The position numbers were made by a program, and so were the translations under genes. A DNA stretch of 64,000 nucleotides from an uncultured Acidobacteriota bacterium (GTDB lineage Bacteria > Acidobacteriota > UBA6911): positions 160,001-224,000 of the forward strand of contig CAWEJX010000006.1 in NCBI GenBank assembly GCA_963809485.1, written 5' to 3'. The notes below the pieces were generated by a model. The model had not been told where the DNA came from. It did not search any database and saw nothing but the letters and a program-made list of their open reading frames with translations. Shown piece after piece: positions 28,997-38,293 of this stretch. The first letter of the stretch is position 1. Each line of letters starts with the position of its first letter.

Positions 28997-29260
28997 TTAA
29001 AGCCATGTATGACCTTCCGAGCACTGGTGGGAGGAATAATGGCCTTGCGTCAGACAACAAGCGCGCAGGCAAGCCGGGCAGGCGTAGGCGCATTGGGTCG
29101 TATTGTCCATGATTCCCGTTGCGCCTGCCGGCGTGCCGTCCTTCGTTCTCTCCTTTGAAGCGCCGGATCCTGAAATTCTCTCAATTTCACCCTGTGTTTC
29201 TTTCAGCTTTTTGCTGATCTCTGCCTTAATCCTTTCCAGGTCGTCCTCGATGGTTCCCAT
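28997..29260 (-). CDS. Small coiled-coil plus Cys/His zinc-finger protein
   Basis: N-terminal amphipathic helix; C-x3-C-x2-C-x3-CC-x4-H-x3-H-x-C-x3-H-x-W; GAGG RBS. Confidence 0.7.
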   Translation of the reverse strand: MGTIEDDLERIKAEISKKLKETQGEIERISGSGASKERTKDGTPAGATGIMDNTTQCAYACPACLRACCLTQGHYSSHQCSEGHTWL

Positions 29261-29356
29261 AGCCGCATCCTCGGGTGGGGATAATTTTCGGATTTCAACA
29301 CCTGCCTGCTTGATCCAGCCCCGGGCGATAGAGACGGAGTGCCTGACTCCATCGGC

Positions 29357-30358
29357 TCAGGGAAGAGTAGCGTTCAACCGCTGCAGCAGCATATCTGTGA
29401 TTTTGCGAACATCGGCGGCGCCCCGCCCATAATCCAGCAGTTGAGGAATTTTCCTGCTGCTGGAAATGTGTATCGTAAAGCCTTCGGGGAGGGGGTGGAT
29501 CGTCGCCGAAATCGTCTGCCCGTAGGTCTGCCAGTTCCAACCGGTGCTGCCTCTAAGAGTCCGGGCGTTCGAATCCCACAGCAAATTCTTCGCTCCATAG
29601 GATTGGAAGACTTCCTCGATGATGGTTATGAGCTTCTGCTCGGGCAGATTGGTTTTTAGTATTCCTTCACCCATAAGCTGAACCATTGGCGGTTTTTGTT
29701 CTGCAGCGGGCTGATCTTGCTTTTCCGTGGGTTGCCGGGAACTCTGCCGCTTGGGATACATTTCGTGGTCGAGGCTCAACGCTTCCATACGTCGGCGCTC
29801 CATTTCGGCCCGGCGATTCTCGTCGTCCGATTTCCGACGATTTTCCTCTGCCAGCCGCAGTTTCTCCGCCTTGAGCACTTCCACTTCTTTTCGCGCTCTT
29901 TCGGCGGATGCGCAATGCTGGCAGCAGTTCAGTTCCTCATCCCGGTGGCGCACGCATATCCAGTCGCGATTGCATCGAAGACAACGGAAACTGGTGCTCC
30001 TTTCGGCGTATCCTCCACAGATGGGGCATACGGCTTGGGAGGCATGGGATTCCGGCGCGTGCGGTATGCCGATAATAATGTTGCCGACTTGTGCTCCCGC
30101 GTGGGAGTTATGAGTCGAGGCGTCGATATTTCCCTTGAGAATTCCGATATCGCCGGCGCGAAATCCTCCCGGGGCCTGCTGAGAAGCTCCCGTATCCTGT
30201 TCCGATAACAGAAAAGCGCATTCGGAGCAAAACCTCGCTCTTCCCTCTATTTTACTGCCGCAGTTGGGACACAGCCGCTCCTGGGCCAGAGGCTTTCCGC
30301 AATTTTCGCAAAACCTGCCTTCCCCGCCCTCCTGGTTGCATTGAACACAGATAGCCAT
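29357..30358 (-). CDS. Double zinc ribbon + B-box-like finger + coiled coil + C-terminal helix-grip-like domain protein
   Basis: CVQC/FCENCG/CPNCG/FCSEC; CPICG...CLRC...CVRH...CCQHC; E/R coiled coil; GWNWQTYGQ...QLLDYG. Confidence 0.75.
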   Translation of the reverse strand: MAICVQCNQEGGEGRFCENCGKPLAQERLCPNCGSKIEGRARFCSECAFLLSEQDTGASQQAPGGFRAGDIGILKGNIDASTHNSHAGAQVGNIIIGIPHAPESHASQAVCPICGGYAERSTSFRCLRCNRDWICVRHRDEELNCCQHCASAERARKEVEVLKAEKLRLAEENRRKSDDENRRAEMERRRMEALSLDHEMYPKRQSSRQPTEKQDQPAAEQKPPMVQLMGEGILKTNLPEQKLITIIEEVFQSYGAKNLLWDSNARTLRGSTGWNWQTYGQTISATIHPLPEGFTIHISSSRKIPQLLDYGRGAADVRKITDMLLQRLNATLP

Positions 30359-30837
30359 TGAAAATCCCTCGCAATGACGGTCGTCGCCGGAGCCGGGTAC
30401 GATCCTGACTATGCTGCCGCGAGCTGAACTATATAATCCGAACGGGCTTTTCGTTTCTCTCTATAATAAACTTCATGAAATGCCGAAATGCCTTGGACTT
30501 GGGCCGATTATACACCCGTCCTCATCGCCGGGAAATGCTCTTCAGGGATTGCAGGCACATTTGCATTCTTTTCTCGGCCCTGCGCCGATGTCCCCGTCGC
30601 AGAGTCTTTTCATAGGTCTCTGCTGCATCAACGGCGCCATACACGAAGTGGAAGCAATTCCCGATCCATACCCCCAATCTGAATTGACTGTTTGATCCGA
30701 GTATCGCGGAGAGCGTATACGTGCTGGCGACACGGATATTTGACAACGCCGATAATGGCGCTGACGAAGGCTGCAAATCAGGTTGAAGCCCGGCTCTTCC
30801 GGTCTCGCCCATCCAATGAAAGGAACCTCATCAGCCG

Positions 30838-32145
30838 CTAAGTGACGCGGGAATTATCGAGCAGGGTGCTAAAATCGACAAGCGTGATCGGCGCGTATGC
30901 CGCACTGATTTTGTCCAGGGTGATTTCGCGACAATCCATGGGCTGTGGAATCCAGGCACCGGTCAGATGCAGGTGGGCGGGCGCCCCGGCGGCTTTGGCC
31001 TTGATGACAATCCCAAGAGGCTGGCCTTTGGCCACAAAGGTGCCCGGCAAGCCCGCTTCCGGCTTGATATGGCTATATAGGATGCAAAACACCTGGCCGC
31101 GCGAATTCAAAATGGACGGATGCCGGACGACAACCGTTTTGTTTATATAATCGTCAAGGATGGTGACGATCTCCCCGTCGGCGATCGCGCGGACCGGCGT
31201 CCCTTGCGGAATTGCCTGAACACTTCCGTCGGACCCATACCCTTGCGCAAAATCCACTCCCTCATGTTCGGTCCGGCGCCGGTTTTTCTCTCCCCACCAT
31301 TCAATATGCTCTCCAAAACCCGTTCCGGGAGGAAATATCCAGGATTGCAGACAGCATTCCTCCGTGAACCCTTTTAGCCACTCCCTGAACTCAGGTGCGA
31401 CAGACGCCGGCGGTTGCATTTGGATACTCCGTATCTCCTGATAATCCCGGAAGCTGATCCATTGGCTCTTTGGTTCGGGATTTGGTTCCAGGCTCAATTC
31501 GACCTGCACGAAAACCGGCAGGACCTCTCCGGACGGTTGCTTGTCTCCCCGCTGCAAGGCAATCCTGGCCATAATCCCGCTGGCCAATCGATCCTGGGGC
31601 ATTTTCCTGATTTCCGGTGTGATCTCAGTCGGCATCCCTGATGGATCCAGTGCAACGTAGCCGCAATCTCTTAAAATCACGCCCCAATGTTCCCTGGTGG
31701 GGGCGAAATAAGCGTATTGCCCTGGAATTGGACATATCCGGCCGGCTTGTTTTTCAACCCATCGGGCGGCGTATCTGCAGAATTCTTCGACTCCTGTTTT
31801 TGTGTCCTGGAATAATATTTCGATCGCCTCATAGCGCCGGTTTGGCTGCAGTCGATAAATGATCACAAGTCCGTCCGGATCAGCCGGGCGGGATTTGCGG
31901 ATCACATATCCGTGACCGGATTGGCGCTGATATGGAATCGAGACCGGGCAATTGCTGCTCGGAACGGTAGCCATGAAGGACATAGCGCCAATCGGCAGGC
32001 TTTGATAAAGAAATTCGGGAAGACCGGCGTTGCCGGCTCCCTGCACGCGGACCCGCAAGGCAGCCATGTCTGCGGCTGAAATGCGAAGTGTGCTAAGAGG
32101 CAGTGCCTGGATGTCTTTGTCTTTGCTGTTATTATGCGATCTCAT
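30838..32145 (-). CDS. M23 family metallopeptidase with uncharacterised N-terminal domain
   Basis: HEGVD (HxxxD), GTPVRAIADG, YSH, HLH (HxH). Confidence 0.8.
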   Translation of the reverse strand: MRSHNNSKDKDIQALPLSTLRISAADMAALRVRVQGAGNAGLPEFLYQSLPIGAMSFMATVPSSNCPVSIPYQRQSGHGYVIRKSRPADPDGLVIIYRLQPNRRYEAIEILFQDTKTGVEEFCRYAARWVEKQAGRICPIPGQYAYFAPTREHWGVILRDCGYVALDPSGMPTEITPEIRKMPQDRLASGIMARIALQRGDKQPSGEVLPVFVQVELSLEPNPEPKSQWISFRDYQEIRSIQMQPPASVAPEFREWLKGFTEECCLQSWIFPPGTGFGEHIEWWGEKNRRRTEHEGVDFAQGYGSDGSVQAIPQGTPVRAIADGEIVTILDDYINKTVVVRHPSILNSRGQVFCILYSHIKPEAGLPGTFVAKGQPLGIVIKAKAAGAPAHLHLTGAWIPQPMDCREITLDKISAAYAPITLVDFSTLLDNSRVT

Positions 32146-32266
32146 CTTCTCGGGCCGGCAATAAGTCGTTTATTCGCCGCAAGAATAGCATCGGGACGGC
32201 ATATCTCACCAGAAATTGATGGGATTTGTTTCCTGGCCCTCGTTTTCGGAATCGCGGCCCAATTAC

Positions 32267-32497
32267 ATTGGTAAACCGGCTCTGCCGGGGGACTCAAAGA
32301 GTTTGACAGCTCCGTATTTTGAAACGCCGAGAAACGCTGATAAAAGCGCTGACAAACACCGATTTGTTCGGCGGGGATCGGAAACGCCTCATCGGCTTTT
32401 GCCCGCGTAAGTCAGCGTTCAAGACCGGCGTAACTTCTCCAACCGCTTTGAGCGGTTCAAATTTTTCAAGCCTCCGGCTTTGCCGGAGCTACCTGAC
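32267..32497 (+). mobile_element. IS200/IS605-derived non-autonomous element (copy C)
   Basis: Follows TTAC; same ends and core as copy B; keeps only the right arm of B's inner palindrome. Confidence 0.8.
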
Positions 32498-32545
32498 TCG
32501 TGATTTCTCCTAACGTCTCCGGCCCTTGCGACCGATTGAACACAC

Positions 32546-32839
32546 ATGAACAGGCGAAATCGAGCCCGGTTTAAAACCGACCTGACAGCCCATGTGACCC
32601 TCGCCGGCCTTTCAGGCGCAACCTTCAAGGGAAGGCTGGCGGACCTTTCGGTCCACGGTCTCAGTTTGATCCTGAGCATGGAACTGCCGATTGGTTCCCG
32701 CGTCAAGGTCGAATGGGGGAACACCACATTTGAAGGGGAATCGATTTACTGCCGGAACCAGGGCAAAGAATATCTTGTGGGACTAAAGGTCGACGCCGCC
32801 GTTTATGCCGCCACGAAAAACCTTCGTCCCGTTCAATAG
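32546..32839 (+). CDS. PilZ domain protein
   Basis: RRNRAR (RxxxR) and DLSVHG (DxSxxG). Confidence 0.85.
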   Translation: MNRRNRARFKTDLTAHVTLAGLSGATFKGRLADLSVHGLSLILSMELPIGSRVKVEWGNTTFEGESIYCRNQGKEYLVGLKVDAAVYAATKNLRPVQ

Positions 32840-32962
32840 CCGCCTTTTGTCCACGCAAAACTCCACCCATCCAATGGGAGAACACCTGCTCCCCCGGTGA
32901 GGCAGTATCCGTTTAGCAGATACCGGCGAATTCCCATTCCCCGCTGTTCTAACAAAAATACT

Positions 32963-33032
32963 GAATATCGAATTTCGAATGTCGAACCGCAGAAGAATTT
33001 CGAAATTCGCCATTCGTTATCCGACATTCTGC
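32963..33032. repeat. Heptamer-based palindrome (REP-like)
   Basis: gaatatcgaatttcgaatgtcgaaccgcagaa...ttcgttatccgacattctgcg, similar to 10249-10335 and 44205-44291. Confidence 0.7.
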
Positions 33033-33112
33033 GGTTCTGGAGGAGGACACTTCCTTTATACCCTTTCTGTTCCCTGAAGCAGAGGGTTCCTCCAAATTTC
33101 CAGATACTGTCT

Positions 33113-33931
33113 CTATCTGAAGGTGATCCTGGGTTTCTGGCGTTCCGGGAGCCTATAGTACTTCACGTCGGGATAGCCGAGCATCAGCGCATAGTGGTGC
33201 GGATGGTCCGCAGGTATGCCGACAGCGGCTTTCACGGAGGGATTCGCGAGAAGAGCGCCATGAAGCAAGCCGGCCCAGCAAGTGCCCAGCCCCATGGCCG
33301 GTGCCATCAGTTCGAGATATGACAGCGCCAGGGTCAGGTCTACCATGCCGTTCATGGCTTCCCTCGGCGCCGAAGCCACGATGAGAACCGGCGCATCCCT
33401 GAGCACGCAATCATGTCCGGCTTCCCAGGCAGTGATCAATGGCAGCAAATAGGAATTTTCTTCCGCCGCCTGGGGATCCTTGAGGATCTGTCGCATCCAT
33501 TTTATGGTGAGGCCGGATATATTTCTGAGATGGGATTTGTCGCTCAATACCAGCCATTCGACCGGCTGTCGGTTGGCTCCCGTGGGGGCGTAGCGGGCAA
33601 CTTCAATCAGCCGCTGGATTTTATCTTTTTCTACGGGGATATTTTTATAGCGGCGGATGGACCGCCGGGAGCGCAAAAACTGCACGGCCTGGGCCTCATT
33701 GATGCGAAGCTCCTCCCTTATTTCGGGCGAGTCTTTCGCCAGGACCTGCTCATGGCTCAGGGCTCCATGAGGGCAGACGGCCACACAGTGTCCGCAAACC
33801 AGGCATATCCCGTCGCGGGCTATCTCGGGGCAACCATCCTCTTTTCGGAGTTGAATGACAGTCGTGGGGCACTCCCGCGCGCAGATCCCGTCTTTTTGGC
33901 ATTTGCTCTCATCAACGATAAGATAATCCAT
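33113..33931 (-). CDS. Nitroreductase family protein with N-terminal 4Fe-4S domain
   Basis: CQKDGICARECP, CLVCGHCVAVCP, RRSIRRY, APTGANRQP, GLGTCW. Confidence 0.92.
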   Translation of the reverse strand: MDYLIVDESKCQKDGICARECPTTVIQLRKEDGCPEIARDGICLVCGHCVAVCPHGALSHEQVLAKDSPEIREELRINEAQAVQFLRSRRSIRRYKNIPVEKDKIQRLIEVARYAPTGANRQPVEWLVLSDKSHLRNISGLTIKWMRQILKDPQAAEENSYLLPLITAWEAGHDCVLRDAPVLIVASAPREAMNGMVDLTLALSYLELMAPAMGLGTCWAGLLHGALLANPSVKAAVGIPADHPHHYALMLGYPDVKYYRLPERQKPRITFR

Positions 33932-34213
33932 GGCTCCCTCCCGGTTTTGCAGCGAATAGATTCCAGACAGCAATGAACGCTGCGACTCCGAGCATAGTGG
34001 GCGCAACTCCCTTTGTCAAATTGATGCCTTGGGGGCTTAGGACCCGTCTGACGGCTGTATTTTGGCAAAGCCAACTGTGTTTTCCTGAAACCCTGTCGGC
34101 GGGAACACGTAGTTCTGACTGGCATAGCCGAAATCTGCATTTGCGACAATGCCCCCCTTTGGTTGTAAAATCGACCGGGCTCGTGCATCATCCATGGTGT
34201 CAGGAGGATTTAG

Positions 34214-36115
34214 ATGAGATACTGCTGCTTCAAGCCGGCCTTGTTAATCGCCCTGTGCGCAACCTGGCTGTCTCCCCAGGCATACCTATTCGCGCAATCC
34301 CAGGATCAGGACTTTCCCCAGATAAGCAACTACAAGACCAATGACTCCGGATTTTTCTCAGGCGTTTTCGGGATCTACCAGGAGAAAACTGTTCCGCCCC
34401 TGGTCCTGGATAACTCACCAAGAATTGGGGGGCTTATCCAGGAGGGCAAACTGAAGCTTACGCTTGCCGATGCCATGGCGCTGGCACTGGAAAATAACCT
34501 GGATATAGCCGTGCAGCGCTTTATACCGGAGTATTCCCAGACAGACCTGCTGCGCAGCAAAGCCGGGCAGTCGCCGCGCGGCTTCACGGGCGGCACAACG
34601 CCGGGCGGGCTTACCGCGGGGGCTCTGGGCGCAGGTATTACGGGAACGGGCGCCGGCTCGGGAGTCGGAAGCGCGGGCGGCATCACGGGAGGTGGGGGAG
34701 CCGTGCAGGTTGGAGCGGCCGGCAATTTTGACCCTACCTTAAACGTTAATTTCAGCTATGACCACGTCAAATCCCCGTTGAACACCAAAGTCGTTTCGGG
34801 GATATATGACGTTACCGGGGAAAATACGGCATTCTCGACCAGCTATGCCCAACTCTTCTCTCTCGGCACCAGCTTTACGCTCAACCTGAATATGCAGGCG
34901 CAAAACTCCACCCAGCAGAACCTGTTGTACAATCCCGCATCCGTTTCGCGCTTTGCGTTCGGGATCAACCAGCCGCTGCTGAACGGTTTCGGGCGCCTTT
35001 ACAACGAACGCTACATTACAGTGGCCCGCAACAACACGAATGTCGCGGAGCATGTCTTCCGGCAGCAGGTCATCAACACGATCGTGGCCGTCGAAAATGC
35101 CTACTGGGACCTCGCCTCGCTTCAGCAGAGCGTGCGTGTGGCCGAGCGGTCGCTGGCCGTTGCTCAGCAGCTTCTAAAAGACAATCAGATCCGCCTGGAA
35201 GTCGGCACCATGTCGCCGCTCGACGTTACTTCGGCCGAGTCGGAAGTGGCCGCTCGTACCAGGGATTTGACGGTCGCTTCCACCAATTTGCAGCTTCAGG
35301 AAGCTACGCTGAAAAACATGCTGGTCAAAAGGGTTAGTCCTGAGCTGGATACAGCCAGCATTGAACTCAAGGACCCCATGCCTGAACCCAAACAGGCGGA
35401 TACCCCTGAGCTTGAAAGCGCCCTGACCACGGCTATGGAATCGCGCCCCGAATTGAAGCAGGCCGACATGAATTTAACCAACCAGGACATTTCCGTGCGC
35501 TTCACCGAACAGGCCCTGAAGCCGAGCCTGTCGATTTTCGGCTTCTATGCCGGGGCCGGGCTGCAGGGCACCACAGCAGAAACCACTACGGGAATGATAG
35601 ACGCTCTGGGCCAAAGCTTCAAAGCCGAGTATCCCGAATATGCCGGTGGGCTTAGCCTGGGCTTCCCGATTCGCAACCGCACGGCCCAGGCGGACAACCT
35701 GCGTTCCCAGCTGGAAAAAAACCAGCTGCTGATCGTGCGGCAGCGGTCGCGCAACACAATTGCCCTGGAAGTGCGCAAGGCCATCATCGGGTTGATCCAG
35801 GGCAAAGCGCAGGTGGAGGCCGCGCAGAAGGCGACCAAACTGGCGCGCGAGATGTGGGAAGGAGAGAAGATCAAGCTGGAGGCAGGCGCATCCACCTCCT
35901 ATGACGTGATCCTGCGGGAACGGGATTATATCAACGCACTGTATGCGGAAGTCGGGGCCAGGATCACCTATGTGAAAGCGATGGTGGAAATGGATAGAGC
36001 ACGGGGTGTGACGCTGGAGCGCAATGGCATCGAATACGCCGACGCTTTAAGCGGAACTCTTGCCAAGCCTCCAGTAACCCGATTCAACATTTCCGGATCG
36101 AAGGAGGGCAATTGA
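34214..36115 (+). CDS. TolC family outer membrane protein with Gly-rich insert
   Basis: Signal peptide, ALENNLDI, QPLLNGFG, ENAYWDL, RPEL. Confidence 0.9.
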   Translation: MRYCCFKPALLIALCATWLSPQAYLFAQSQDQDFPQISNYKTNDSGFFSGVFGIYQEKTVPPLVLDNSPRIGGLIQEGKLKLTLADAMALALENNLDIAVQRFIPEYSQTDLLRSKAGQSPRGFTGGTTPGGLTAGALGAGITGTGAGSGVGSAGGITGGGGAVQVGAAGNFDPTLNVNFSYDHVKSPLNTKVVSGIYDVTGENTAFSTSYAQLFSLGTSFTLNLNMQAQNSTQQNLLYNPASVSRFAFGINQPLLNGFGRLYNERYITVARNNTNVAEHVFRQQVINTIVAVENAYWDLASLQQSVRVAERSLAVAQQLLKDNQIRLEVGTMSPLDVTSAESEVAARTRDLTVASTNLQLQEATLKNMLVKRVSPELDTASIELKDPMPEPKQADTPELESALTTAMESRPELKQADMNLTNQDISVRFTEQALKPSLSIFGFYAGAGLQGTTAETTTGMIDALGQSFKAEYPEYAGGLSLGFPIRNRTAQADNLRSQLEKNQLLIVRQRSRNTIALEVRKAIIGLIQGKAQVEAAQKATKLAREMWEGEKIKLEAGASTSYDVILRERDYINALYAEVGARITYVKAMVEMDRARGVTLERNGIEYADALSGTLAKPPVTRFNISGSKEGN

Positions 36116-37992
36116 TGACTCCCTCGATGCCCGACAGGGGAATGGAACGGATCGCGCCCCGAATTGCGCGGGCTTCTCTCGGACGCGCATTCTGGCTGAT
36201 ACTGATGGCGGGCTGCATTTCGCTGCCCTGCGCCGCCCAGGGGGGATTGAAGTATGATGCCGACTTCAGCAAAAATCCCGAGTGGTTTCCCCGAATACAA
36301 AAGCCCTATGTGATGCGGTCTATTCCGGAGGTCGAACTGAAAAACTCGACAAACCTCTGGCAGCTCATTCAGGACGGGAAGCTCCGGCTGTCCCTGGACC
36401 AACTGAAGACCGCCGTCACCGACAACAATCTCGATATTCTATCGTCGAAGAACACCGCAAGATATGCTCAAACCGATATGCTGAGGGCCAAGGGCGGGGG
36501 CGCACCGCGGGGCGGAGCAGGCGTCCAGATACCCAGCAGCCTGTTTGCAGGGGCGATCGGAGCGGGCGTCGGAGGCGCAGGCGGCCTGGGCGGATTCGGA
36601 TCGGCAGGCGGAATTACCGGGGGGGCGCGCCAGGTATTCGGCTTTTCACGCGGGAGCTACGATCCATCGTTCGCACTGGGACTCAGCTTCGACCGGACGA
36701 ACAGCCCGCTGAACACGATCATCGTGTCAGGGGTGCCGCAGGTGACCACGGCCTCCACGGCGCTGCAAACCCGCTATTCGCAGGCCTTCACCACCGGGTC
36801 CAGTCTCAGCGTCTCCTTCAACAATATGCGCCAGAGCTCAACCCAGCAATTTCTGCTCTACAATCCCGATTTTGTTTCCCAGCTTTCCGTAAGTTTTACG
36901 CAGCAGTTGCTGAGTGGATTCGGCAGCAATGTGGGCCGGCGCTTCATTGAAACCGCAAGGCGGGAGATGGACGCCGCAAAGGAAGTGGTGCGGTTGCAGG
37001 TCAACACGACGATGGCGCAGGCTCAGAACACTTACTGGGACCTGGTTGCTGCCCGGGAAAATGTTCATGTTGCGGAGCAATCGCTGGAGGTTGCGCAGCA
37101 CTTTTTCGAGGACAACAAGGTCCGGGAAGAGGTGGGCACGGTTTCGGGCCTGGAGGTTGTGACGGCGGAATCGGAAGTCGCGGCCCGCCAGCGCGACCTG
37201 GTAAGTGCCCAGACCACGATGCAGATGCGTGAGGTCGAGCTGAAAAATTTTATCAGCAAGGACCTGAGGGACATTTTGGGCACTGTGCCCATCGAGCCCA
37301 CGGATGCTCTGCCGGAACCCAAAGACAGCGACATTCCCAAAATAAACGACGCCATGGCCATCGCCATGGCCAACCGTCCGGAGATCCACCAGGCGGAGAC
37401 AAATATACTGATTCAGGATATTGCGATCCGTTATGGTAAGGATCTTTTGAAGCCGACCCTGCTGTTTTTCGCCAATTTCAACAGCGCCGGCCTTTATGGC
37501 GACCGAACGATTGAAAATCCGGATGGCACCCGCATCGTCCTCCCCGGAGGCTTGTCGCAGGCAATCTCCCAGGTGGGCAGATGGCGCTATCCCGAGTACG
37601 CGGTCGGCTTATCCTTTTCTCTGAATATTCGCAACCGGGCTGCCGAGGCGGATTTATACAGGGCAAAGAGAGAGAAGCAGCAGACGGAAACCGGCCTGCA
37701 GCGCACGCGCAACAGCATCGCGCTGGAAGTGCGCAAGGCCATGATCGGCCTGGCTCAGGCGAAAGCGCGGGTGGAAGCAGCTCACAAGGCTGTGGAACTC
37801 AGCGGCCAGGCGCTCGCGGCCGAGGAAGCCAGGCTGCTGGAAGGAGTCGCGATCCCCTACGATGTCATACGACGGCAGCGCGATTTCCGGTCCGCCCGGT
37901 TTGCAGAAGTGCAGTCCCTGGCCAATTATGCCAAAGCCCTGGTCGAACGCGACCGCGCAATGGGCGTCCTGGAACCGGCCGCAACCAAATGA
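36112..37992 (+). CDS. TolC family outer membrane protein, paralog 2
   Basis: Same architecture: NNLDI, QQLLSGFG, NTYWDL, RPEI; start uncertain. Confidence 0.9.
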   Translation: MMTPSMPDRGMERIAPRIARASLGRAFWLILMAGCISLPCAAQGGLKYDADFSKNPEWFPRIQKPYVMRSIPEVELKNSTNLWQLIQDGKLRLSLDQLKTAVTDNNLDILSSKNTARYAQTDMLRAKGGGAPRGGAGVQIPSSLFAGAIGAGVGGAGGLGGFGSAGGITGGARQVFGFSRGSYDPSFALGLSFDRTNSPLNTIIVSGVPQVTTASTALQTRYSQAFTTGSSLSVSFNNMRQSSTQQFLLYNPDFVSQLSVSFTQQLLSGFGSNVGRRFIETARREMDAAKEVVRLQVNTTMAQAQNTYWDLVAARENVHVAEQSLEVAQHFFEDNKVREEVGTVSGLEVVTAESEVAARQRDLVSAQTTMQMREVELKNFISKDLRDILGTVPIEPTDALPEPKDSDIPKINDAMAIAMANRPEIHQAETNILIQDIAIRYGKDLLKPTLLFFANFNSAGLYGDRTIENPDGTRIVLPGGLSQAISQVGRWRYPEYAVGLSFSLNIRNRAAEADLYRAKREKQQTETGLQRTRNSIALEVRKAMIGLAQAKARVEAAHKAVELSGQALAAEEARLLEGVAIPYDVIRRQRDFRSARFAEVQSLANYAKALVERDRAMGVLEPAATK

Positions 37993-38293
37993 CGAATGAC
38001 GAATTTCGAATGACGAATTGAATCAGACCTCCTTATTCCAGAAGCTGGAATATACAATCCGTCATTCACCGGACTTGGCTTTTGACAGAGAGATGAATCA
38101 CGCAGCGTGTTCATAGATTGCGATCCACCATGGCGCGCAATCCGGCTTTGAGGGTGAATCATGAATTGTGAAGTACAGGCTCTTGCCCGTCGTTAAATCG
38201 CAATAAGCCGTGCAGCCGAAGAATTACTAATAGAGAAATCGACTACCCACCCGTATGGCCTAATTCGTAATTCGTCAATCGTAAATCGTCATT
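37988..38293. repeat. Inverted heptamer arrays (AATGACG)n ... (TTCGTAA/ATCGTCA)n bracketing about 240 bp
   Basis: aatgacgaatgacgaatttcgaatgacgaat at left; aattcgtaattcgtcaatcgtaaatcgtcatt at right. Confidence 0.6.

Noticed and set aside
30411-30812. Short ORFs between the M23 gene and the ESCRT-like operon
   Set aside because: Overlapping candidates on both strands with no motif or clear RBS; probably regulatory DNA
34020-34200. Sigma-54 promoter or riboswitch upstream of the TolC pair
   Set aside because: TGGCA and TGC are not at GG-N10-GC spacing, and I recognise no aptamer consensus
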